64,000 nt of DNA from Phoronis australis (Eukaryota; Animalia; Phoronida): contig NMRA01000331.1 in the NCBI GenBank assembly GCA_002633005.1, forward strand, positions 225,347 through 289,346. Reading direction: 5' to 3'. The notes beneath the pieces are model-generated. The model was not told the origin of the DNA and made no database searches. It was given only the letters and a program-made list of their open reading frames with translations. The translations under genes were made by a program, and so were the position numbers. Shown here piece after piece: positions 53,030 through 64,000 of this stretch. Position 1 is the first letter of the stretch. Every line of letters starts with the position of its first letter.

Positions 53030-54120
53030 GACCGGGAACTTAAAGTGATATATATTCATTGAAGAATACACAAGACATACAAAGAATGATTAACCCAGAA
53101 ATCGTGAAGCATTATATCTGGGTTGTAAACAATTCATAAATGAAACTAATATACATAGAGGTATATACATTTAAGTAGTATCTAATATAAGTATCCCAAT
53201 ATTTACAAATGGTATATAAAAACAAAAACATGTACAGATTCATGTATGGAAATCAGAAGCAGCAATATTGATAAACGGTACATAAAAATTTGCTAACGTT
53301 GCTCAGGAGGAATTCATTGAGAACAACGTCAAAGTTAGGACTACCATAAGTAGGGATATTATTACAAGAATTGAGAACATTAACAATTGATTGGTTTTCA
53401 TTGAGTGCACGAAAGAGTGAGTCTCTCAGGTATTCGATGAGGGAACATTTTGAAGAAAATACGAGGATAAGATTGATGGTCACCACATTTACAGTTTGGA
53501 GAAACATTATTTAATATATCACACATCTTCAATAGAATTACGTGGTTGAGATTTCTGGGGCAGGCACGCACAACCCAGAATGGATTTTTGTCTGTCACAT
53601 GCCATTTAGTAACCAGTAATTTCTATTTGAATCACATGTTTATTGTGGTACCTCAAATAAATGAGCAAGCTCCTTTTCGGGCATCGTTTTTGAGTTTGTG
53701 GCAAAACCTCTCCATCGGACAATTTGTGTGTCATGGGTCATCCGATGTTCATCGCGGCAAGATTGTTAGTTTTTAGTCAGTTTTAGCTGGTACCTCGAAT
53801 ACCTAATGTAGCTCACACTTTCAATAGCATGTGGTTGAGATTTTTGGGATTTCTGGCACGCACAACCCAGTGTATTTATTTTGCTTGTAACAGGGCATTT
53901 AGAGACCAATGACAATGTATCGATTCACACAGAATTGTTTTTTTTTGTGGTATCCCGAATGTATGAGCTAACTCATTTTTTGGGATCCTGTTTGGGTTTC
54001 TAGCGGATCCTTTCCAGAGTGCAATTTGTCTGTCATGAGTCATTCAATGTTAATTTCAGTACTAGTGTACAGTTTAAATCAGTTTTGGCCAGTACCTCGA
54101 ATATCTGTTCTAGCTCATTT
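53030..54120 (-). mobile_element. LINE 3' remnant with internal ~290-bp tandem duplication
   Basis: SPNCKCG...RIFF zinc-knuckle-like C-terminus and TYGSPNFD; gtggttgagattt...ggcacgcacaacccag at 53542 and 53831. Confidence 0.55.
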
Positions 54121-54477
54121 TCTGGCTCCTTTTAAGGTTCCCAGGGGTCACACCCAAAGTGCAGACAACGGCAGACACCCATTTCTGTATATACTGAGGT
54201 GGACTCTTAAGTGCTCCTATGGTCAGATGTTGGTACCTCAATATCTATGCTAAGTGCTCTAGGTTGCTGGTCTGTTGAGGTAATTGTGAGATTTAACATG
54301 CCCACATTTTGAGAACCAGTTTGCTCCACTGAATTACAGACATCAAACTAGTTTTCAAAATGTGGGCACATTGTATCCGACTACTGCTCACCCTTACTTT
54401 TACAAGGATACAAATACATGCTATTTAAGTTCAGTGTACACAATAAAGGTCTCCACTAAGCAGATCTCCAGACTCAC

Positions 54478-54599
54478 CACTGATTGCTTTGCTCAATAGT
54501 ACTGACATACAGTGAGTCCTCATGTCAAATGCGAGTTCTTGTACCAAAGACAGGCAGTAAGGGTAGAGGTCAAGGCTGAGCAACTTGCCAACACAAGTT
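54478..54599 (-). CDS. EXOC2: EXOC2 (Sec5)-like internal exon, isolated fragment
   Basis: (R)TCVGKLLSLDLYPYCLSLVQELAFDMRTHCMSVLLSKAIS continues the previous exon in phase and aligns to human EXOC2 [40 protein letters not shown]; tttcag acceptor, G|GTGAGT donor. Confidence 0.7.
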
Positions 54600-55007
54600 C
54601 TGAAAATAGTAATCATACAATAAAATCACTATAAAATAGTCAAACTACCTCTTACTGATGCTCCTTTGTATACCTTTTCCTAATTTAAAGCATTAAAAGC
54701 GTTTCTTCTACCGAAAGAAAAAAATCTGAAACCAGTAAAAAAAATTCAGCGTAATAATACAAATACATTTAACATTAATGCGGTCATTTGTAATTGTTGT
54801 CAGTGAGTTTTTGGTAGTTGATGAAAGCATACTTTTAAGAAAATAAAATAAAACCAGATGTGATTGCATTGCAGCAGCCCGAATGCTTAAACAAAAGCAA
54901 TGCAGTGTTGACATGTTTTCACACTGCATAGCAAATGGCATGTTTCTAAGGATGCTTATCAGCTTGAAGTACGATACTGAAGGATACAACACATTGGTCA
55001 CACGGGA

Positions 55008-55462
55008 CTGGCCTTTATGCAGCGTACGTCCTGGGCATCCAAATAGACGCCCTAGCACTAATCTGGACGCCCTGGCAAGGACGCCCAATGTATCATTTGG
55101 ATGCCCACTGTCAATAGGAACCTTTCAAGTTTGGACTCACACATTGTAATGAATACTAGGAAGCCTCTGAAGGCTCACAATGTATATACAAAGTATATGC
55201 ATTGCTGCTATATTGACAGTTGATTGATAGCATTGTAAAAGTCTTGGTCTACACAGTTTTTTTTAGTAAAAATGCTCACCATAGAAGGCTGTTTTATAAA
55301 CGTAGATGTAAAAACCTTGACCTATGCATTTTTTTGTAAAAAATCTGTGTGTTTGGGGGTATTGCTGGGGGTGGGGGGTTACGTGTCGGAATCATGGATG
55401 CCCTGGAATATTGGGAACCCCATTTTGGACACCTTATTTTCAAAATCCTGGATAAAGGCCTG
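55008..55462. mobile_element. hAT-type MITE
   Basis: TIR C(T/A)GGCCTTTAT(G/C)CAG; 8-bp TSD acacggga/acaaggga (7/8 match). Confidence 0.8.
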
Positions 55463-55719
55463 ACAAGGGATGCTGCAAAAGACACAACTGACAAAAAGTG
55501 ATTGTACCATACCTTTTAAAACTAATACCAAGTCAGAAAGTTTAAAAATAAACAGTATTCAACATCTGCAACAAAGAAAAAACATGCCACAACGGGACAC
55601 ATCACTAAGCATCCCAAAATTAGCATTTCTAGTCCATTTCCTTCCATAATGAAAAATACTGAGGTTTGGCAATTATAATAATAGACATAAAGTGTCCAGA
55701 AGCAGTTTTTACCCCACAA

Positions 55720-56216
55720 GAGCTAAAAACTCTAGTTGAGACCAAAATGACCACTAGACTGTATCGCAAATCTTCCCAAATATTGGTGGTGCTAGAGCAC
55801 TGCCGTTTCATACCTCTGTGTCGAGTTTCAATGATATGCATCAATTTCTAAATATTGAAAATACAGACTGAAAAAGCCCTTATTGAAACCTGGTGACCAC
55901 TACGAGTGTTGCAGTCATCAAATCAGCTCGAAAATCGACTGGTGCTTGCATACTGCCATCATATGCATGTTTGAAATTTCATTGAAATTTATTCTCTAGA
56001 TGTCCTCCGGAAACACTCTTCCCTAAATACAGTGAAAAGACCCGACACCCAGGCATCAGTGTGCGGGACATATTGAAAAGTAGCATGCACCATCCAAGTG
56101 ATGACGTACACCCAAATTTCATTAAAATCGGACTTCGCGAGATATCAAGCAGATACCTGGAAAATCGGAAAGAATGATGACAATATCCGACCACATACAT
56201 ATGTGGGAGCATAAAA
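55720..56216 (-). mobile_element. Older, diverged HINE-like copy
   Basis: accactag and aaatttcat subunit remnants; terminal ccacatacatatgtgggagcataaaa. Confidence 0.5.
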
Positions 56217-56381
56217 CCATTTGGAAAAGCATCTTTATGGTAATTCATTGATGAATGATTAGCATGTAGTTTAATACACAGCAACGTTACAATCATGACA
56301 ATATAAATATATAGACGCTGAGGTTGGCCAGTAATGAAATATATCAAATAAACACATGATAATGAGTAGACAGCATCATAC

Positions 56382-56551
56382 CGAATAAAGCGCACACAGT
56401 ACGGTAGCCATTCACCAGGTGTCTCTATCTCGTCCTCTGGCCACACTCCATAGTGGTTTCGATCTTTTAACTTTAAGTTGTCAAGTGAGGTTGGTAGGAA
56501 CGCAGCTCTCAAGAGGTATACAAACTCCTTGACAATGTCAGTTATCATGGT
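56382..56551 (-). CDS. EXOC2: Exocyst complex component 2 (Sec5)-like internal exon, isolated fragment
   Basis: TMITDIVKEFVYLLRAAFLPTSLDNLKLKDRNHYGVWPEDEIETPGEWLPYCVRFI(R) aligns by eye to human EXOC2 MIQEVMHSLVKLTRGALLPLS...YGGW...GQWLAHAIQTVR; ttgatag acceptor, CG|GTATGA donor. Confidence 0.7.
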
Positions 56552-59358
56552 CTATCAAAAGTCAAAACCAAGTAGTTCAATCATCTTGATGATTGGGTAT
56601 GAACTAAGAAACCACAACAGATTTTCGATAAAACTATTAGACAAGTGTGCACAGGCATTAAAAAAAGAGGACACAAGATAGGTTTTACAAACATTCAGTC
56701 ATCTCTTTTCCCCTTGTGCATGTACCAACTTGTTATCATCTTGTGAGCTTGCTCCTTAGCAAATTTTGCAACACTTAAGAGTGCCTGCAAGTATAATCAG
56801 GCAAATGGTCTTAATCTGGGAACATCGTTTGTCACAAAGTTAGAAACCGGCATCGTGTTATTATCCCTTGGGTTGACCTAACTCCAAAAAGAGCTGTCAG
56901 TGTCCAGAGTCTCTACATGCAAAAAATCAAGCAATTTGTCACAACTCAATCGACACTCATATTCAGAAACTTAACCATGTTTCACATGAGATAAATAATG
57001 CTAAAAGGATTGAATTTCAAAACTTTAAAGTTAAAAATGGCAAAAGTTCTGGTGTATTTGATAGGCATTGTAATTGAACACTCTGAATGATTTAATTTTA
57101 ATAAGTTTTAAGTCGTCTCAACATACAAAAACTAGGTTACATTCCTCTTAGAGATAGTACTTCTGAGGATGGAGCTGTGCCAGACAACCATGGAGATGTA
57201 CAAGACGACAATAAAATCCAACACAGGGTAGCACTATGTGTTTTCGCAAGAAAAGCTTCCAATGTTGAATTCATGCTGAAAATGGTTTGTATCCAGTGCA
57301 AGGACAAGATCCACATGATCTTATTTCAACTTTATTTACCAATAATTATTTTACTGTGAAAATGATGGTTAACACATTGTCAGCCATGCAACAGACATTA
57401 GGCAACTGTTGTTATGTTTAGTGGGTGGTCATGGAATGCAAAAGTTACATCCACAGAAATATTTACATCAACTGATACACCAAGGAACCCTCAGATGAGG
57501 TAAGAGTTTATTCTGTAGAATGTTGCGCACTCCCTACAAATGCGCCTGAAAGCCTACAGTCTCAGCGTGATGACTCCTCAAAAAGTTCAAAGCTTGTTTG
57601 AAATAAGAGACTTGCAATGACATTTCAATTAATGTTTATGAGTATTCTGACTAACCTAAGGTAGAAAGATTCATGATAGAAATGTTAAGTAATTTTATTT
57701 TACCATTTATTCTTCAGCATAACATTACAGTTAAAATAATATTGAGGCAATGACATTCAAATAAAACATTACAAAAATGTTAATGATGGTGTTGGGGTAG
57801 TTAATTATATATGATACACAAACAAAAATGTTAAGTAATTTTCTTCTACTGGTAGTTGCCAAAAATTTGCTATAATTGGTGTTATCACTGATCAAACGTA
57901 AAAACATTTCGAATCGGTTATTAACCATTCTACAAACAAGCTATGTGCCAAAAACCTGTGATATGACACGTTCCCACTTTTGCCTGATATTCTGGTGCAG
58001 CCACTCTTAAAGATGCTACATCTAAACCTTGAATATCATGATGGACCTAGTATGGATAGAAAAGTTCTAGCCAAAATCCAATTAAATTTGAGAACTGAAG
58101 CTGAAGTTTCAATTACCCTTCCTGCCAACACAATAGAGGGCCATCTGGCTGGGTTACTAACACACATTTAGTTTTATGACATAATGAGGTGCTATAAAGG
58201 ATTACATGGGTGTTTTGTGCAATGGGCCCAAACATGAGGCCTGCGCATGTCTGGTGCACCGCAAATGACATCAGACCACCTGCACTGTTTTTTTTTTATT
58301 ACAAGGGTCACCAATCAGCCTAAGCAGCTGCACTAACTTCAATAGGCTACTGTGTTTGCATTAGCAAACAACAACCTTTGCAGGATCATCATCCTGTGGT
58401 CAATTTTTACCTGGATTGGGTTCCTCATTGTGTAAACAAAGTTTTGATAAAAAATAGACAGGATGCTACGGTATCTTGAGCCCATTGTGATCCAGCTGAA
58501 GTTAAAATCTCGTGAATGTCTCATTTTCACAAATTATTTTACGTAAATGTTCATGCAAATTGTGAATGAAGGACCAATGAAAGCAATTCTAAAGTCAACT
58601 GCAGTCTCTTTGATCCATCACAAGTTTCACACCTGCAGAAACCAACGATTCCAGCTGAAGCGGTATATTAATTTGACACAGGGTGCAAAGCTTTAAAAAA
58701 AAACACATTGGTAAAGGGAATCTGCATAGTGAATTGCAGACGTCGGATTGCCGATTCTCTGAGACTTGGAATCATCCACTCTAAGAGACCTCTGGGTAGA
58801 ACAGACTTGTGGACAAAATCCATTACCAAATACTTTTTGTGTTTTTAGCAGCAATTCTAGGAATCTGCTACTGTTTCCATCACAAATTTGCTAAAATGAA
58901 GTAAGAGCCTCAGGAAACCCCCACTGTAGGAGTAACATTACTCTAATGGAACGCTGATCAATTTCCATTCCTTGTTTATTAAACAGACATCTTGATTTGC
59001 ATACTGTTCAACACCGTACTCAAATTTCTATGATGTACTTTTACCAATTTTAATGTTTGTCAACCTGTTAGTGTGTGAAACGTCTCGTATATGGATTCTA
59101 ATTTAACACACAAGTATCCAGGAATTCAAAAGGTAGCCCATATTAAAATTGAATATATTCAAGCTTTTATGAGTCAGATATAACACTCAATTGAAATTAA
59201 GCCCAAATTATGGATAACTGAACTCACTTTAAACTGGCCTATACGAGCCTGATCAGTGTGCTTTGTTGTAGGCTTTTCAGTCTGAAATATCGAAAGGAGC
59301 AGCATGGTAAGAACCTCACATAAAAATAACAGTTCTGGAAAAAAACTACAGCACTTAA

Positions 59359-60678
59359 AGGCGAAGGCAACCTTTTTTCATTTCATTTTTAGCAAAAATA
59401 AGGTTCGTTGATTACCCCATACATATTTTTCACTTACTTACTGCTTTTCGTAATTTAATTAATTACTCGTCGTCTACTCCGGATGTGACGATTTGGGAGG
59501 CAAGAATTTCGCGCCAATTTCTTTTCATATAGTCTGACTGTGAGAGCAGTCGAGTCACTCATTGTTTTACCTCGGTTGTGATAAGTTCTGTCGTCGTTTG
59601 CTTTTGCTTATGAGTCAGTCAACATGCCACGCTGTTGCTGCGTACTGGGGTGTACTCATTATCGTCTCACGTACAGAGGAAGAACTGTCCCACTTGCCCG
59701 AGTGTCCCGCGACGCACTCCCACTGGAGAGTGATCTGAGCACCCAAACTGCTTACATCCCGCTGTGTGACTCCCTCGTCTGACACCTGGCAGCTTCCAAA
59801 TAGCTCCAATACAAGTCCACAATAAACTTATCAAACTTAGGCTCACCGATCTGTTCATTGGATGACCAACTGTTCTCTTCACTGGGTATTGAACTGGGCC
59901 TGTATTCACTCCCACTACTCAACATCGCTGCAAGGTCTGCTGTTACAGGCTCTTCTGGGGCTAGAGACAACAACACAGGGCGAATCACTGCTAGTTCCCG
60001 GAATTGCACACAATGGGGTACGTTCGGAGGCACGGGTGACAGTAGATGAAGTGCCTTCAGTCACTGTATATAGTGGCCACAGCTAGCGAGGCTTCTCGCT
60101 TCAAAAACGCGCTTCTTGGGGTTGGCTATGGGGCACTGCTGGGAATCAACAGAAAGGTATGGTACCCTTCTTCAGGTGTTGTTTCGCAGGGACCTTCATC
60201 AATTCAGCGTACACATCTCTGTCATAATCTGACTGTAGAAAATCATTGCCACACACTTGGTAACCCTCCACTGCTTTGTACATTGTGTGGACGGGTAGCG
60301 CTGCGTTCTTCACATGAACGAGTGTGTCATCCTTCGGAAAACGACGCAAGGTACCCAAAGCGCGTGTGAGACGATAATGAGTACATCCTGGCACGCAGCA
60401 ACAGTGTGGCATGTTGACTGACTTGTAAACAAAAGCAAACGACAACCGAACTTATCACAACCGAGGTAGAACAATGACCGACTCGACAGCTCTCACAGTC
60501 AGACTATAATGAAAAGAAATTGGCGCGAAACTCTTGCCTCCCAAAACGTCACTTCCGGAGTAGAGGACGAGAAAGTAATTAAACTACGAAAAGCTATAAT
60601 TAAGTGAAAAACGTGTCTGAGATGATCAACGAACCTTATTTTTGCTAAAAGTGACATGAAAAAAGGTTGCCTTCGACT
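59359..60678 (-). mobile_element. Non-autonomous Kolobok-type DNA transposon with ~315-bp inverted ends and a truncated THAP transposase
   Basis: TTAA on both flanks (59355-58, 60679-82), AG...CT termini, long near-perfect inverted repeats, internal THAP and CxxGH-W-S transposase remnants. Confidence 0.85.
59672..60412 (-). pseudogene. Degenerate THAP-domain transposase N-terminus
   Basis: MPHCCCVPGC...RRFPKD...VCGNDF...LKKGTIP (THAP C2CH with His and Trp lost, stop at 60146); downstream frames give KFIV...ELFGSC...GAQITLQWECVAGHSGKWDSS. Confidence 0.75.
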
Positions 60679-60805
60679 TTAAAGCAGTGACAAGAAGCCA
60701 ACAACAACTGTATGGACAACCCAAAACAATAGTAGTATTCACTTAAATATGCTTCAGAAATGCACAAAACTGTGCTGCAGTTCAGATGATTTTTTCGTTT
60801 ACTTA

Positions 60806-63379
60806 TCGTAAAAACATTTCGAGTTAACGCCCATGTTCACTTAACTGCCCATCCCCAACTTAAGGTGGACTTCCTAATTAAGCGCCCACTGCTCGGTTAA
60901 GCGTCCGCCAGTGATTTTTGAAGATTTCCAGTTAAATGCCCACCTCTCGGTTAAGCGCCCATCCCCGACTTTTAAAGATTCAAGATTAAGCCCCCCATGC
61001 TAAGGAAATCCACGATTCCCCGACTTTATCGATGACAACAATGAGTGCAACGACGGCCTCAGAGACAGTGGTTTGGCAATGTGAATTATAATACAACAAG
61101 TAACAAATTGTTGTCCCGGGTCATGGAATAAGGTCAAATATAATGTTTGAGCTCTTTGTCACTTTATTTTCTTCCCATGTTCGCAAAATTTTAAGAACCC
61201 CACCGGCTTCAATACTCCGCTTTCAGCGATACTGTCTACTGCCCTAAGTTTCTGTCCGCAGTGCTCTAGATAAAACATATAATTGAAAAAATAATGCCAG
61301 AGAAATGCGACAGTGGTTTTGCCAACCCTCCCAATTCGCTTTAGGTGGGAAGCTCTCGGATTTTGAAGAATTCCCATAACTCACAGAAAGATGTCAAAAT
61401 CTCCTTATTTTGATGAACGTAATTGCCCGGTTATCGAGGATGTGTGGCGACCAAAGGGACAGTGTGCCTCACTGGGTTAATTTGCTGCCCCTCGATTTCA
61501 GAATTGAAAGGTTGGCAATATTTTACTGGTTGTTTGTGTGTGATCTTGAAGAACAGAAAACTGCAAGTCAAATTTTGTTTTTCACTTAATAATATTGTAT
61601 TTCAGTCAAACTGGTGTTGGCAGATTTTACCAATGATGCTGGCGGTTCTTTATAATACGATTTCTTGCGACAACTCCCAAATAGGCGTGACTGTGTGGAC
61701 AACGTTTCCACTTACCCTGTTTTGCTATCCCGAGAAATTTTGTTTCTACATTGGCCAGTTTCAGCAGACATAAAATCCTTACCATTCAAGTCTGAAATAT
61801 TTACGACGTAGACTGACTGAAAATTGGCCAAAGTGGGAAGGGTGGGGATGCACTGGGTACGAAGTACAAGTTCAATGACAAATAAAAACCCAGGCAGCTT
61901 AAACCTACAGTTGTACTGTTGCTGAGCTCTTTTGATGTGTGACTTTGGTGTGGTGCACGCGCTTAAGTTCCAAATTACATTGACACAAACATATATGAGT
62001 GACAGGTGACTTATATATGCGCGTGCTCAACCCCGGAAAGGTCTTGAGAATTTGTTTGCCGCTGCCTTTTGCCATAAAAATGTGACGCATAGCCAGGCCA
62101 TTATATTTTTTAACGGCATTTCCAAGTTGCGATGGTCTGACGGGATAGTGTGTGCAAACAGTGGGACCAAACAGTGCAGTAGTGCGATATTATAGGTGAT
62201 ATTATAATAAGATAGAACATGTTGCATGTAAAATAAATGTTTTTCCACCACAAAATTTGGTAAAATGATCGATCGTTAATACACAGAAATGTCGCTGTTT
62301 TGTGACGTTTTATCAAATATTTATGAAGTGGTTCGAAAATTTTCTTCGGCGTATCTGAAAAATTGCAAAAGTAGCCGAAAACATTAGCCAATGAAAAGCG
62401 TCAAAGATAGGTTCTGAATTATCCCACGTTCACGCGACATGTTTAGAAGTCAATGAGAGGGTTATTCTCTGTTAGTGTTCAACTTGATTTGGCAACAACC
62501 AAATAAGGGCCCCATTCACACGAGTTGTTTTTTATGTTTACCAATTAACTACTTGCCGCCAAAAACTCAGCTCACGTACGTTGCAAATTCCAGGTCACAT
62601 GTTGCCAGATGACCAAAGTCTCGGCTTGTATTTCTAAATTTCATGTTGCCAATGCGACCTGCAGCTTGTTAAGCTGAGCGCTGAGCCCCGGTTGCAAAAA
62701 CACTGGCTCATGTCCGCGTACCTTCGATTCTTGTCTTCATTGCGTAGCATGTTCACGCAACGGGAAGTGACCGGCGCCAGACGGTCGTAATAAGACAGAC
62801 GCATTCCAAACACAAAAAAATCTGAATTAATTTTTCAAACTTTTATTTAATTTCAAAACTGCTCTCTGGCTCATTGAAAGCTAGCACGAGAATAAATTTA
62901 ATCTATGCTCCATGTGAAGCTTGCGCGCACGCATTTCTGCCAGTACGTGACAATGGTTTCAATCCTAGTGGAGTGCTGCATGGTCACTCGGGTCGTCTGC
63001 GCACTACAGCCCTTACAAAACCGCCAGACGCCACAGTACTATTACTCTGCAATTTTGTAAATTTAATTGTGAATTACTAATCTGAGGGAAACAGAACCTT
63101 TGTTGGGATCGTTCGTTGTTATGACATTTTTCCCACCATTTGGTGACTTGACGATAAAGTTCTTTGCAAAGTTACGCATTCTGAGTATCTGTGGCATGTG
63201 GTAAGATTAACAACCCAGGGGCGCTTGTCAGTTGTAATAAGTGCCCATGTTCGGTTTAGCACCCATCCACGATTTCTTGAAATTTCACGTTTAAGCGCCC
63301 ATGTCTGGTTAACCGCCCACCCCCGAATTTTTGGGTTTGCCAATTTAACTGCCCAGGGCATTAACCTGAGCGTTAACGG
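60806..63379. mobile_element. Possible Tc1/mariner(pogo)-type non-autonomous element with taagcgccca subterminal arrays
   Basis: Clusters of ttaa(g/c)(c/t)gccca at 60820-61000 and 63210-63360; imperfect TA-(T/C)CGT...ACGG-TA ends; may instead be two separate remnants. Confidence 0.4.
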
Positions 63380-63637
63380 TAATATATTCTCTAATAAAGG
63401 AAAACCAAACGGCAATGCAGTGATACAATTTCATTACTTGAGGACTTTTATAGCTGTATTTCGCTCAGTTTCGCTGGCTAAAAATGGAGATGATCTTTTG
63501 CTCTCATAAAATCTGTTCCATAACTTTTCTCACCAAGATAAGATTACATTTCTGTTACCAACAACAACAACATCAAAACTTTAGCTACTCAAGAAAATGT
63601 TTCAGAGTTTATAGGGCTATGCCACGTTAAAAATCAC

Positions 63638-63770
63638 AACAAGAGCAACGCAGAGCGTTGAAATGCGCCCACATCTGCACCGTCTAGGGTTGTTTATTGG
63701 TACCATAAAGTGGCCAGTAGAGGGCATATATGTAGTATGTTGTATTTTGAAAAATGGAAAGGCATGGTCA
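63638..63770 (-). mobile_element. HINE-like element terminal fragment
   Basis: AACAAGAGCAACGCAGAGCGTTGAAATGCGCCCAC followed by one degenerate subunit. Confidence 0.6.
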
Positions 63771-64000
63771 TTGACTCCTCAATAGGCTAGGGGCAAAATG
63801 TGAGTGATCTTCATAATACAAGCACATCCTATACATCAGTTGCTTAAACCACCACAGAAACATAGAATTAAAAACAAATTTACCAACATACGAGATTAGC
63901 ACAGCATTAGAATACCAGAAACAAATTTCTACTTGGAACTTTTCCTTCATAGTCACGAAGTAACACAAAGTATACACCTGAAGACCTATGAAAATACAGA

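Noticed and set aside
62700-62780. Promoter-like GGAAGTGAC and minus-strand ATG...AG|GTACGC as the SMU1 first exon
   Set aside because: Encodes MLRNEDKNR, unlike the SMU1 N-terminus, and gives an early stop if spliced to 58632

Overview
AT-rich, repeat-dense eukaryotic (animal, probably marine invertebrate; taxon is inference) genomic DNA from a draft assembly, with an N gap at 16003-16689 and single Ns at 9699 and 51034. Two conserved housekeeping genes lie on the minus strand. PSMA6 (20S proteasome alpha-6) is complete in only two exons (24192-23688, 21838-21603; 246 aa). SMU1 (WD40 spliceosomal protein) has 11 in-phase exons from 47720 to 29436, including one GC-AG intron, but the exon(s) for its first ~31 aa were not found. 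Upstream on the same strand are two isolated, correctly phased EXOC2/Sec5-like exons (56551-56382, 54599-54478). The rest is mostly transposon-derived. A DINE-1/HINE-like (non-autonomous Helentron) family occurs about 8 times, all co-oriented, and its internal ~454-bp higher-order repeat carries a CTCF-consensus motif every ~146-162 bp. There is also a Kolobok-type THAP element built from two inverted left ends, a solo LTR, LINE remnants, several hAT/Harbinger/Tc1-mariner-type MITEs and minisatellites. Most entries in the ORF track are spurious.
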